A stretch of 62,992 bases of DNA, the filler included, from Octopus bimaculoides (taxonomy: Eukaryota), in the NCBI RefSeq assembly GCF_001194135.2. It is 6 parts of 5 records of this genome, joined end to end, with 100 filler letters (N's around TTAATTAATTAA, not from the genome) between each part and the next. Parts side by side here need not be neighbours in the genome. Positions count along the whole stretch, not along the records: positions 1 to 13,621 come from NC_068991.1; 5 more parts are not named here. One strand, written 5' to 3'. Below are positions 1-11,830 of the stretch, piece by piece. The position numbers were made by a program, and so were the translations under genes. Position 1 is the stretch's first letter. Every line of letters begins with the position of its first letter. The notes under the pieces were generated by a model. That model had not been told where the DNA came from, made no database searches, and was given only the letters and a program-made list of their open reading frames with translations.

Positions 1-169
1 CTATATATATAGCTTTTCAAGGGACATTGTGAAGTAATCAATTCTTGTAACAAAGGGATCTCGCCATTTTGGATGCTTGAAAAATAAGAATGAGTCTAGA
101 GTGTGGACCAAGGGAGGCAACAGGTGGCAAGGGGGACAACTAACTCCTCAGTATAATTTTTTAAGTGGT

Positions 170-2330
170 CAAGTTTGTATATTAGGGTGTGGTCTGTTTT
201 TTTTGTATGAACAGGTTTTCCTTGTTTAGGCGTTCTTGTAAGGAGATTGAATCTTTGTATTGATATAATGGAAAGATATGGAAATTCGGCGTTTTATTAC
301 TTGCGCATCTGTCGATATGTTCGCTCAGGGCTATCTGCCTGTATTAAGGAAAACGAAACTGTTCTTTAGGTAGCGTGACTCTGCATCTCAAAGTGAGGGT
401 CGTTTGGCCCACATAATTGTGGCCACAACCTGAGCAGGTTAGAACATAGATAAGGTTCTGGGAAGCACATGTGAAGTTGGTCTTAATTGGGAATTTTTCT
501 CCTTGCTGGAATGTGAATTCCGAGTCTTCAGTTAGGTATGGGCGTGTACCACAAATAGGTCGTCTGTATTTTTTACCTGTTGGTATAGTATGCATTGAGT
601 ATAGTTTTGCATTTGTTAGGAGTCTCGTGAGTGATTTGTGTTGTCTTTTGCATTTGAGGAGTTTATGTGTATTTAGGATGTTGTTCATTTTTCGGGTTTT
701 GAGTGAGCAGAGGGAAATTTTGCATAATTGTATTGTAAGCTTCATTGTTTCTTAAGTTGTGGGTTGATATATATGGGAGTGATTTAAAGTGAGGTGTGGT
801 ATTTTGTTTTGTTGTCCTTAGTGTTTTTGTGTCCAATTTCTTGGCACGTTTAATTCCACGGTCTATAAGTGTGGGTAGGTATTGACGTTCAATGAGTGTT
901 GTTTTGATGTCTTGTAGGCGAAGTTCTCGAGTGGTTGTGTTAGATGCAATTGTACAGAGCCTTTTTGCTAGATTGAATGGGATATTTATTTTGGTGTGTT
1001 TAAGATGGCATGAACTGAAAAGGAGATACTGTTTTGAGTCTTTGGTTTGTAGTAGATGTCAGTTGCAATTTGGTTGTTGGATTTTTTAATAATCAAAATG
1101 TTCAGAAATGGGAGCTGTTCCTTGCTATATTCCATTGTAAATTGAATATTGGAGTTTATATTGTTCAGTATGGATTTGAAATCCAGGAGATTATCATAGG
1201 TTTCATTCCAGATGATAAACAATCGTCTAGGTACCTTTTCCAGTTTTTTCTTATATACTGGTATAATGAGAGTCCAAATTTTTGGAGCGAAAGTTCATAT
1301 AAGGTAGATTCAAAGAAACCCATTATTAGGTTCGCAAGGACAGGCGCTGCTTTCGTTCCCATCGCAATACCGCATATTTTACAGTAGTATGTTGCATCGA
1401 ATAGGAAGTAATTGTTTTGTAGAATGAAATTCAGGGATTCAATGACAAAAGTCTGGTTTATGCGGTCCGGGAGAACTTCGAGTTTTTTTTCTAACCAGAA
1501 TTTTATTGCCTCTATTCCGTAGTCATGTGGAATGTTAGTGTAGAGATTGATGACATAGAAAGAGACTAACAGTGCTTCTTCGTTGGTGGTTTTTGGTAGA
1601 TGCTCTAGCATGTCCAGATCGTTTCTAATGAAAATTTTAATGTATCTGAGGAAAGGTTTCAATAACATGTCCAGAAAGTTGCTTAGGCGGTGTGTTTCAC
1701 AGGCTGGGTCCGCTATAATAGACCTTTATTTTAAGTTTTCTTGTGTTGAAATATTTATGTATAGACCTGGATTTGATTTGCAGGCATTAATAATTATTTG
1801 ACTCTTGTGGATTTTGGGAAGGCCATAGAAAAGGCTTGGTTTGCATTTAAAGTTTGTGATATAGTCTTTTTCTTTCTCTGTGAGGCCTTTTCCATGTTTG
1901 AATATTAAAGATGCAAGATCCTTTAATGTTTTTTTGATGCCTATAATTCGCAACTTTTTCATAAAAGTAGTCATTTTCTAGTATGGACAATGCTAGGTTT
2001 TTCATAGTATTGTGTGTCCATCACTACTACAGCACTACCTTTGTCTGCTTCTTTGATCGTCAAGTCTTTGTCGTTTTTTAGCTGAAATTGGTGCTTCCAT
2101 TGTAGGTTGTTGGAGTTAAGTACAATTTTTGGCTTATAGATAGTGTGAGGAAAATTCTGGATACGGTTGCAGAAGTCGTCTAGTGTTTTATTCCTTACTT
2201 TGGGTGGTAGATAATTACTTTTGTTTAGGAAATTACTTGATACAGTTATAATATTTAGAGAAAGATTTTTTGCAAAAAGTTAATAATAAGAAAAAACTTC
2301 TTAGAGAGTAGAATGGTACTAACCTTTAAG
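170..2330 (-). mobile_element. Penelope-like retroelement (Neptune-type), degenerate RT + GIY-YIG ORF broken by frameshifts and stops
   Basis: Minus-strand pieces in correct order: IKEADKGSAVVVMD (~2000-2070), FYGLPKIHKS (ORF 1726-1974), LYTNIPH...GIAMGTKAAP...WKRYLDDC (ORF 1165-1668), IQFTME...LPFLNILI...TDIYYKP (ORF 986-1222), then GIY-YIG TNFTCASQNLIYVLTCSGCGHNYVGQT (ORF 344-745) and C-terminal ...SEHIDRC...FHIFPLY (~200-340). The FTC-x-S-x-N-LIY linker suggests the Neptune clade. Confidence 0.93.
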
Positions 2331-2443
2331 AAGGAATTTCACAAATTGTGTGTAGACTTTAATAACTGTGCAAACGCTTTCAGTTCTAAACGTGTATTAT
2401 GGCTATTGCATATAGCGGAAGTTGTTTTAGGTAAAGTTGTTGA

Positions 2444-2698
2444 TTATTTCCGGTTTAGTTTTGGATTCAGAAACCTTATAAAATATTCTTCTTTTGCCTT
2501 TCGAAGTAGGTCGTTTTCTTTATTTATTTTATAAAAGGGGAATATTGTGAGTTTTCTCTGTGCACAAGTGTCTAAGTGGTCGCGGCATGGTATGCAAACG
2601 AGGGATGTTTTATTTGGTGTCTATGCACATTTACACGGTTGATTAATTTTCTTTTTGTTTTCCAGCATAGTCTTCATTGCATCATGGACATGTAATAC
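2444..2698 (-). pseudogene. GIY-YIG endonuclease C-terminus of a second, divergent Penelope-like family
   Basis: With two frameshifts it reads CITCP*CNEDYAG..KRKLINRVNVHRHQIKHP..PCRDHLDTCAQRKLTIFPFYKINKENDLLRKAKEEYFIRFLNPKLNRK*. Homologous to, but clearly different from, the EN C-terminus at 200-500. Confidence 0.85.
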
Positions 2699-2703
2699 AG
2701 TAT

Positions 2704-2741
2704 ATATTTAGAGAAAGATTACATATATATATATATGTATG

Positions 2742-2772
<31 letters not shown>

Positions 2773-2778
2773 GTATGC

Positions 2779-2821
<43 letters not shown>

Positions 2822-2870
2822 CACACACACACACATACACACGCACGCACACACAGACACACACATATGT
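2704..2870. repeat. (TA)n/(CA)n compound microsatellite
   Basis: Direct reading of the sequence. Confidence 0.97.
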
Positions 2871-3024
2871 ATGCAGAAAATAAAGCAATAATATTAGATA
2901 AAAGAAAAAAAATCAAAAGAAACAAGTAAACAAAAATCTAAGGGAAGTTGAATAATAAAAGTAGATTTGAAAGAAGAAACTGTGACTGAAGGTTAAAGAC
3001 AGAAAACGAGAGACAGAGAAGAGG

Positions 3025-3029
<5 letters not shown>

Positions 3030-3070
<41 letters not shown>
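3030..3070. repeat. (GA)n microsatellite
   Basis: Direct reading. Confidence 0.95.
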
Positions 3071-3073
<3 letters not shown>

Positions 3074-3715
3074 TAAAATAAGGCAAAGGAAAGTTAGACG
3101 CTGAGAGAGAAAAAGAGACGAACAGCAAATGAGGCATGATGAAAATGAATGATAAGCAAAGAAAGTGAAAGTGAAATCCACATCGTGGATTTTAAAACAT
3201 AAATCTGCCTCTTTTACTGAGAGGCAGCATTTAGAAGGTGATAGATTAGATATGTCGACACCACTGCACCAGAAACCCTCACCAATATATGGAACCGATA
3301 ACCGAAGACAAGACACTACAATTTTGTAATTAACTAACTTGCTTTAAATGTCAAAGTTCCGGAAGTTGGGAACTGGTTTTCATTTTTGTTTCCGTGCCGA
3401 TTCGATGTCTCAACTTAACGAAACTGCCTCGAATAACAAGTATTGCAGCAGAAGAGAGGTGGGAAGAGGAGGCGGAGGAGACTCTAACAATGAAATAGCG
3501 CCTGCAGTCTAATTCACTCTCTTTTTCCTTTTCTTTTCTTTCTTTCTTTCTTTCTTTCTTTCTTTATGTCTGTCTGTGTTTCTGTCTCTCTCTCTTTCTT
3601 CCTCTCTTTCTCTCTCACTCTTATTTTTATACCATTTGCTTGATTGGAGTAAACTGTAGTACCTGCCTGTGTATGTTTGTCTGTGTGTCTTTCTGTCTCT
3701 CTGCTTGCCTCTCCG

Positions 3716-3716
<1 letters not shown>

Positions 3717-3808
<92 letters not shown>

Positions 3809-3822
3809 TTATCTATCTATCT
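3717..3822. repeat. (CTAT)n tetranucleotide microsatellite
   Basis: More than 20 perfect CTAT units. Confidence 0.97.
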
Positions 3823-4019
3823 CACTCTCCCTATTACCCTATTGCACTAAAGTTATGAAATTTCGGAATTTTATGTAATGTTAGAAATTCAGTTTTATAA
3901 CTTGTAGTTATTCTTAGTGTATAAACCTCAAACAAAAAAAATGTGTATATATATGTATGTATGTATGATTAGTTGCGTGCGCGTGTGTATGTATGTATAC
4001 ACACTTTCACCCAAAAGCA

Positions 4020-4167
4020 ACTGGAGAAACTACTCGGTCGATCTCAGATGAGAGAGAAAAACCAAAGTACACGATATGTTCAGTTGGGATGCTGTTTTGC
4101 AGATGACGCAGCACTGACAACACACTCAGAGAAGCAACGGCAGCGCCTCATGAACAGTCACACATGA
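4020..4167 (+). mobile_element. RTE (BovB-like) LINE reverse transcriptase fragment
   Basis: Reads EKLLGRSQMREKNQSTRYVQLGCCFADDAALTTHSEKQRQRLMN, matching the RTE pattern GKLFN..RLRAKTK...LFADDAAL.AH.E..LQ.L. Confidence 0.75.
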
Positions 4168-4194
4168 TCCTTCAGACTGACAGTCTTGGCAGGA

Positions 4195-4310
4195 TCTTGT
4201 GTGTTTAGGGTAAGTCGGTTACATCGATCCCAGTCATCAATGATGCATATTTTATCGACCTTAGTAAAGTTGACCTTGGTGAAATTTGAACTCAGGACAT
4301 AAAGCGTAAA
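4195..4310 (-). mobile_element. Degenerate SINE fragment (family B, see 6547)
   Basis: Reverse complement of the gagttcaaatt...gtcgataaaata...tgggatcgatgtaaccgactt core. Confidence 0.7.
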
Positions 4311-4657
4311 CCCCATGAATTTTTATCTGTTTGGCAGACATCAGCACACATCAACAAATAATTATTTTGTTGATTCCTAGAAACAAGAGGTCGTGCTTTC
4401 GTTAGATTCATTGCTCCTGTTTAGTCGCTCGGACCGAGGAGACACACAACGAGGTTGAAACACCGCTGTGTCACTATTTACCTTTATACAGGTGAATTGC
4501 AGGTGTTATGAATACACATCGCCTTAAGGGAGGAGGTATTCTTCGATATCGAAAAACAACAACACAGATAATCGTGTTCAAATATGCCGGAACGATTTAA
4601 GAATAAGATACATTACACATACATGCATGCATACATATATACGTACATACATAGATA

Positions 4658-4663
<6 letters not shown>

Positions 4664-4745
<82 letters not shown>

Positions 4746-4861
4746 TATATATGTATATTTGTATTTATACCCACGTACACACATCCATCCATCCATCGAC
4801 ACATACTGTAAGCATACATGATACGTGTGTTTGTTGTACGTGCGCGCGTGTGTGTATGTGT

Positions 4862-4898
<37 letters not shown>

Positions 4899-4925
4899 TG
4901 TGTGTGTCTGTGTGTGCGTGTGTGA
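4664..4925. repeat. (TA)n and (TG)n microsatellites
   Basis: Direct reading. Confidence 0.95.
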
Positions 4926-5849
4926 ACACTGACATCCTGCAAACTATTTAAATCCACTCAGTGCTTTTTTGCAATATCTATTTAAAGACAAAGAATTATT
5001 AATATATAGTGAGCAGCATTAGGAAAGGTGGCGAAAAGGAGAGGAGGACGGTAGCAGAAAAAATGTGTAAGCGTTACGAAACACTGATAGAAAACTGTTG
5101 AATTCTATTTGCTAGTTAGTGAGAGGGAAGAATGCTCACAAATTTTTAAAATTCAGCTAATTATTACTCTTACTAAATTCTCTGATGTATTGAATATTTT
5201 AGAACAGAACATTACATTCTGCCTTACGTCTTCAATGTAAGAATTTAATTAGTACCTCTTCACTTTTCATGGTATTTAATTTAATTTATGCTAATTCAAT
5301 TATTAAATGCTTTACTGAGCCCTTTCACATTCAAACACATTTATAGTTATCTTAACGCGATTACGAATGCTAAAAACTTCTTATATTTTCTAGTCTTTAA
5401 ATTCCTATGATGCATTTAACATTTTTACTCTTGCATACTAGAAGGAAGTGCAACCAGTCAACCGTCACTCGCGAACGAATATGGTTCGGCGACATGTATC
5501 GTACTTTCGCCAATTGTTATAGGTGCCTATGTAGTCGTGAGCAAACATAAAAATCTTTTATGGTTCAAATGAGCAAAAGCAAAAGACAACGACAGGTGAG
5601 GAAACAACAAGCAGGCTCGGGAAAAGTCTTTGACATTTCGAGCCAACGTTGTTCGACAGAAAGGGATGAGAGGAGAAAAATGGAGAGAGAAGGAAAAAAA
5701 AACAAAAAAACAGAGAGAGAAAAAATGTGTCGGTATTAACGGCTCCACATGTTGAAATACCCATCCTCTATACATGACCCAGGAGATCACCTAGAAAGAG
5801 AGAGGATTACACCATCGACCGGCTACTATTCACTTATAGTTGAGTAGGT

Positions 5850-5972
5850 TGGAACAACAGGAAATGAAATACCTTGCTAAAGCATACAACGCGTCGCCCG
5901 ACCCAGAAATTGTACCCACTAGCTTACGATCATGAACCCAACACCTCTGACCACTAGGCTTCGTACCTTCAT
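5850..5972 (-). mobile_element. tRNA-derived SINE 5' part (third family, CORE-like segment)
   Basis: Minus strand: agcctagtggtcagaggtgttgggttcatgatcgtaag...tgggtcgggcgacgcgttgtatgctttagcaaggtatttcatt, i.e. a tRNA-like A-box head followed by a tgtg.ccttgagcaag.cactt-like motif. Confidence 0.6.
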
Positions 5973-6199
5973 ATGTATACATAACTAAATATTTTATCAT
6001 GACTAAATTTAGATTCAAATTCTCTTATTTCAACGGCAGCAGCTAGAAGAACAATAACAACGGCAATAAAAACTTTCATTTCGCTCTGACTCAGAGGTGA
6101 ATTTTACTCGAGCACTTTGCCATTCACCTTATATTTCGAGTTATCTGCTCCTCATCATCAGCACTCTATATTGCTCTCCGAATTTCTCGAGTCATGATC

Positions 6200-6348
6200 A
6201 ATTCTGAGTTCAAATCCAACCGTTGTAAATTTTGCCTATCGTCCTTTCAGCGGTCGATATATTAAAGCACCAATCAAGTGGGGGTCGGTGTAATCGATTT
6301 CTCTTCTTCCACGAAAACTACTGTCTTCTACGAAAATTAGAAACAATT
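6200..6348 (+). mobile_element. Degenerate SINE (family B)
   Basis: ttctgagttcaaatcc...ttttgcctatcgtcctttcagcggtcgata...gggggtcggtgtaatcgat...agaaacaattattatt. Confidence 0.75.
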
Positions 6349-6546
6349 ATTATTCCTTCGTAACACAGTTTAGGTAAAAATGCATCGGAGTCTTTAGTCA
6401 TGTCAAGTCACAACAAGGACCTGAGACAGATAATACTTTCCTTAAGATGTGCGCTGTTCCCAATGTGGCTGCTTTTTGCAAGACATCAATCTTACATGGG
6501 ATTTCCAGTTGCCTTATTATTATTATTATTATTATTACTGTTAAGA

Positions 6547-6775
6547 AAAGCGGTAAGCTGGCAGAATCGTTAGCACGCTAGGCGAAATGCTTAGCGGTAT
6601 TTTATCCGTCTTTACGTTCTCAGTTCAAATAATGCCGAGGTCGACTTTGCCTTTTATTCTTTCGGGATCGATAATTTAAGGACCAGCGGAATACCGGAGT
6701 CGTTGTAATTGACTAACCTCCTCCCCCAAATTTCAGGTTTTGTGCCTATAGTAGAAAAGATTATTATTATTATTA

Positions 6776-6820
<45 letters not shown>
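6547..6820 (+). mobile_element. Full-length tRNA-derived SINE (family B) with (ATT)n tail
   Basis: gcggtaagctggcagaatcgttagcac...cagttcaaataatgccgaggtcgactttgccttttattctttcgggatcgata...tgtgcctatagtagaaaaga + (ATT)n. The same consensus recurs at 30637, 37088 and 62272. Confidence 0.9.
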
Positions 6821-7499
6821 GTGAATGTTTAAGCGAACACATGTCAGTGTCAGATCTACACGAAAAACCTATTNNNNNNNNNNNNNNNNNNNNNNNNNNN
6901 NNNNNNNNNNNNNNNNNNNNNNNNNNNNNNNNNNNNNNNNNNNNNNNNNNNNNNNNNNNNNNNNNNNNNNNNNNNNNNNNNNNNNNNNNNNNNNNNNNNN
7001 NNNNNNNNNNNNNNNNNNNNNNNNNNNNNNNNNNNNNNNNNNNNNNNNNNNNNNNNNNNNNNNNNNNNNNNNNNNNNNNNNNNNNNNNNNNNNNNNNNNN
7101 NNNNNNNNNNNNNNNNNNNNNNNNNNNNNNNNNNNNNNNNNNNNNNNNNNNNNNNNNNNNNNNNNNNNNNNNNNNNNNNNNNNNNNNNNNNNNNNNNNNN
7201 NNNNNNNNNNNNNNNNNNNNNNNNNNNNNNNNNNNNNNNNNNNNNNNNNNNNNNNNNNNNNNNNNNNNNNNNNNNNNNNNNNNNNNNNNNNNNNNNNNNN
7301 NNNNNNNNNNNNNNNNNNNNNNNNNNNNNNNNNNNNNNNNNNNNNNNNNNNNNNNNNNNNNNNNNNNNNNNNNNNNNNNNNNNNNNNNNNNNNNNNNNNN
7401 NNNNNNNNNNNNNNNNNNNNNNNNNNNNNNNNNNNNNNNNNNNNNNNNNNNNAATAAGTTTGAAAAAATAATTTGAAGGAGAAAACAAAATAAACAGTA

Positions 7500-7630
7500 T
7501 GAACAACAATGACACCACTCAAACCACAACCATCACAACCACCACCACCACCACCACCGCCGCCGCCGCCGCCGCCGCCACCGCCGCCAAGAAGAAGAGG
7601 AACAACAACAATAACAACAACAACAAAGAC
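7500..7630. repeat. Compound trinucleotide repeat (CAC/CGC/AAC)
   Basis: Direct reading. Confidence 0.9.
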
Positions 7631-7759
7631 AACCAAAATTACAAAGACAAAATCGACATTCCATGTTTTTCAATAGTTGTGGGGAAAAGAAGTCACTTCA
7701 TCTGAGCTAACCCAAGGAGAGTTGTAAGAGAAAGAAGGGGAAATAGGAGAAAAGAGAGG

Positions 7760-7791
<32 letters not shown>

Positions 7792-7799
7792 TGTGTGTG

Positions 7800-8720
7800 T
7801 GTGTTTCAGTGTGCGTGGGAAACCGTTATTATTAATGGCTCTTACCATTTCCTCAGAGGTTTTAGAAATAAGTACGATCGAGCGATAGTTAGCAGGGTCA
7901 GAGAAATTGCTCTTTGTGGGAATGCAGCACATTGTAGTGCGTTTCCAAAGATTAGGACAGTTCTTGATAGGTCAGCAGTAAAACTTGAATACTGGTAGGA
8001 GTGGTTAGAGTAAAATGGCAGAGCTGGACCGGTTGGTTGACTTGAGGTGCCATGGAGTAAAGGAATATAGTGTTATGTAATATGTGGATTTTTGATGGGT
8101 AGTTGCGATGAGGCAGTGGTCAGATGGTCTGATAGGTAGAGAGGCAGTTTGGTTAATATTAGAGTTAGACATAAGATGTTTGTGTCGATCTGAGGTGCGT
8201 GTAAGGAATGAGAACAAGTTGGGGTCTTTCAGACCATAAGGACTTGCATACCCATATGACCTTCAAATCACCGGAACTCACAACAGTGCTGATTACTCGT
8301 TCATAAAGTATCACTAAGCCAAGGGTTAACGGAATCTTCGAAGTCTTTCACGGTAACCTTCTGATTGTTTTTGTGGCAAATAGTTGGATGCTAGCCTATG
8401 GGCTGGCGTGTAATGTATAATTTCAGCTCGATACTCACATTCCAGAGGAACTTTCATGTCCGAGATAGGCCATTACACTTCCCGAAACGGCCAGAGTTGT
8501 TTGTAACTGTTCTTTTGAGGCGTAACAAAAGTCCCAGTAGCTTTAGAAATGCACAAATAGATTACTTTCTTCCTCGCATTTTCTAATAGCTTCAGACAAA
8601 TATGCACTTGTTTTCGTTACGTACTCCTGTCAAACCTTTTTCTTCTAGCTGGATGATCCATATATAAATTTTGGTCGTTGTAACATTGTTAGAAGAATCG
8701 CGCCATCTTTACTAACATAC
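7800..8720 (-). mobile_element. Highly degenerate CR1/L2/Jockey-group LINE remnant (APE end and RT start)
   Basis: Minus-strand peptides IRPSDHCLIAT (APE SDH motif, ORF 8005-8217) and IPTKSNFSDPANYRSIVLISKTSEEMVRAINN (P.KGD.SDP.NYRPI.L.S RT motif, ORF 7693-7932), in correct order. The boundary above ~8220 is uncertain. Confidence 0.65.
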
Positions 8721-9162
8721 AAGCTTCCATAATTATTTTAGCTTTGACATAATGTGTGAGAATGTTGTTATTAGTGTTGCTTTATTGCTTATATCAGTGT
8801 TATTGCCTGAAGAAATATTATTCTATTTTCTGTTATTGTGTTTTGTTATAAAATATTCTTGCTCGTTTACATTTTTGCTTATTTCTTTTCTGTATAATTG
8901 TGTTCATTTCCAAATTTTTTCTTTGAGATGCGTTTCTCTGACCATATGTCATTTTGCTAGAATGTAAATCAGAAGAAAAAGAGTTACAAATTGCTTTCTT
9001 GTCCTTCAAACAGGGGACAACCCCCCCCCCCAAAAAAAAAAAATTCACACATTTCTATGAGCAGATACACAAGACACAGCACAGAAATAAAAAAAAACAT
9101 TGCTTGGAATGTAAATTCAAACGAGCAGTGTATAATCGCATTTTACCATAACAAAAATTTAT

Positions 9163-9330
9163 AACAACAACAACAATAAAGGTTTCAAATTTTGGCGCAA
9201 GGCCAGCAAATTGAAAAGAAAGGGTGATTCGATATTATCGATCCTGATACTTGATTAGTACTGTATTTATTCACCCTCCAAAAAATGCAAAGCAAAGTTG
9301 ATGTTAGTGGCATTTGGACTCAGAGTTCAA
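9163..9330 (-). mobile_element. Degenerate SINE (family B)
   Basis: ggtttcaaattttggcgcaaggccagcaa...tcgatcctgatacttgattagtactgtatttattcaccc...caaagttg; (AAC)n tail on the left. Confidence 0.75.
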
Positions 9331-9479
9331 ATGTTGTCGAGAGCGACTAGGCTTTCATGAGTAGATTAGTTCATACGTAATATCCAGATTGAACAGCGCG
9401 ATGAAGCGCAGCATTTGTTGTTGGAAAGAAAGTGAAATCTATGACAAAGCAAAAAAAAAAAACGTTTGAACAATTGGTT

Positions 9480-9775
9480 GATAGGTGGGGACAAAAATCT
9501 CAGCATGGTAAATATGTGGCCCGTAGCAAACAAGCCGATGTAGACTAGAAGCACATCCATCAATAGCTATGGAGCTCGAGGCTAAAGGCCGAGAGCGAAG
9601 GCTTTATCTTAGGTGCTTGACTCAGAACTATGGAGTAGACTCAAGGTGCTGATACTGCAACAATGAGATTGAAACAGTGGACCACCTAATCTCGGGTGTA
9701 AAGTTTAAGCACTAGCGGAGTATAAAGCTAGACATGACAGAGTTAGCCACTATCTACACTGGATAATATGTCGGC
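9480..9775 (+). mobile_element. Dong/R4 LINE fragment (linker and CCHC knuckle region)
   Basis: QHGKYVARSKQADVD...WSSRLKAESEGFILGA...RC*YCNNEIETVDHLISG...EYKARHDRVSHYLHWIIC. Confidence 0.85.
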
Positions 9776-9929
9776 TTTTACTTTTCGTTATGCTATGTAT
9801 GCAATAGACAGTTGTATACTATATTGTATGAGCCAACGAGAGAGAAAGTGAGAGAGTCTGCATGGTCGAAATAGCAATCAAATCTCCCTCGCTCTCATTA
9901 TACTCCCCATTTTGAATACCATCATAACT

Positions 9930-10087
9930 ACCGCAACAACAACAACAACAACAAAAACAAAAACAACAACTGCTGCTGCTGCTGCTCCTCCTCCTCCTCC
10001 TCCTTCTCCTCCTCCTCCTCCTCCTTCTCCTCNNNNNNNNNNNNNNNNNNNNNNNNNNNNNNNNNNCTTCTCCTCCTACTGCTGCTG

Positions 10088-10150
<63 letters not shown>

Positions 10151-11420
10151 TCATCACGTTCACTATAACTATCATTAACATGCCCAATAAGACCGAACCC
10201 TCACCGCCCTCTGCATCATCGTTTCACAGTCGCTACCTACATACTCGCCGCCATCTTTATAGCAAGAACTACCAAAATCACCACTGCCACCACCATCATC
10301 ACCGTCATAACCACCATGACCATCACCACTACTGCCGCCGCCGCCGCTCCAGTTTTTGTTACCACTTCATACAAACATCTCCACCATTACAATACATTCT
10401 ATCACCTCTTTCAATACAAACTTTCAGAACAATCCTGCACTCCGTTTTATCATCATTACTATCACAACAATAATCACATTCATCACCACCACCACCACCT
10501 CCACGGCCGTGACCACCTTCATCATCACCACTCCATCACTACCATCATCACTACCACCACCGCCACCGTAACCACCTCAACCCCTCCCATCACCACACCA
10601 TTGCTACTATCATCTTCATCATCACCACCACCATCATTACCATTGCCGCCACGATAACCATCACAACCACCACCACCACCACCACCACCACCACCACCAT
10701 CATCATCACCACCATACTACTGCTGCCACCATAACTAACGCTACCACCACCACTACCACCACCACCACCACCACCACCACTGTTCAAAGCCATTCATCTC
10801 GAACACTACCATCTCCATCAGTCAACATTACAACCATCCATCACCATCATCATCATCATCACTATTATTATTATTATTATTATTATTGCTTCGCCACCCA
10901 ATATCAGCACTACGCCTATCACTTGGTTAAACAGCACCGTGATCTCTTTACTACCACTACTACTATTTCAACCAGCACCATTACTGTCACAATAAACTAT
11001 CAATGACTCCACCACACTCATTATTACTACCCTCGTCAGTATGGTCATTAACTTCACCACAATCATAATCGTATCCGCTATCACAACCACTACTATATAC
11101 CATTATCAAGACATCTACACCCAACATCGCAGTCACCACTACCATACACAAACAACATATCTACCACGACCACTATTTCCTACCCTCCTCCTCCTCCTCT
11201 TTCTCCCCCTTCACCACCATCATCGCCGCCACTGCCTGCTGCCGCTACCACACAGTCCCATCATCACGATTACCACCACAAACACCGTTACATCACTACC
11301 ATCAACCACATCATCCCCACCTGTCCCCATCACTACGATTTCACTACACCTCCAGTATCGTCACTGTCGTCACGAACGTCACCATCGTCACCAGTGCCGA
11401 CACACCATCAACAATCAATA
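9930..11420. repeat. Extended degenerate trinucleotide low-complexity region (CAA, CTC, CTA, CAC/CAT, ATT)
   Basis: Direct reading; the His/Thr-rich ORFs here are compositional artefacts. Confidence 0.9.
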
Positions 11421-11515
11421 AGAGCATCAAATAGAAACACCCTGTTTCTATTTGATGCTCTTATTTGATCGGATTTCATTCAGATCGATGACGGCAAACT
11501 GGCTGCTAGACGCTA

Positions 11516-11564
<49 letters not shown>

Positions 11565-11764
11565 CATAATACATATGTACATACATAAATACATACATGC
11601 ATACATACACATACACACATACACACAAGCATATGTATATACATACGAGTATATATGTGTGTATATGTGTATATATAATATTTAATAACAGTTTCACTCA
11701 ATTCCATGCAACTTACTGTTTCGTATGCTTGTAGAACGAGCATAAATCGTCAGGAACCCATATG

Positions 11765-11827
<63 letters not shown>

Positions 11828-11830
<3 letters not shown>

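Noticed and set aside
9819-11421. His/Thr/Pro-rich ORFs resembling histidine-rich proteins
   Set aside because: Pure trinucleotide low complexity, open in several frames on both strands, with no supportable gene structure.
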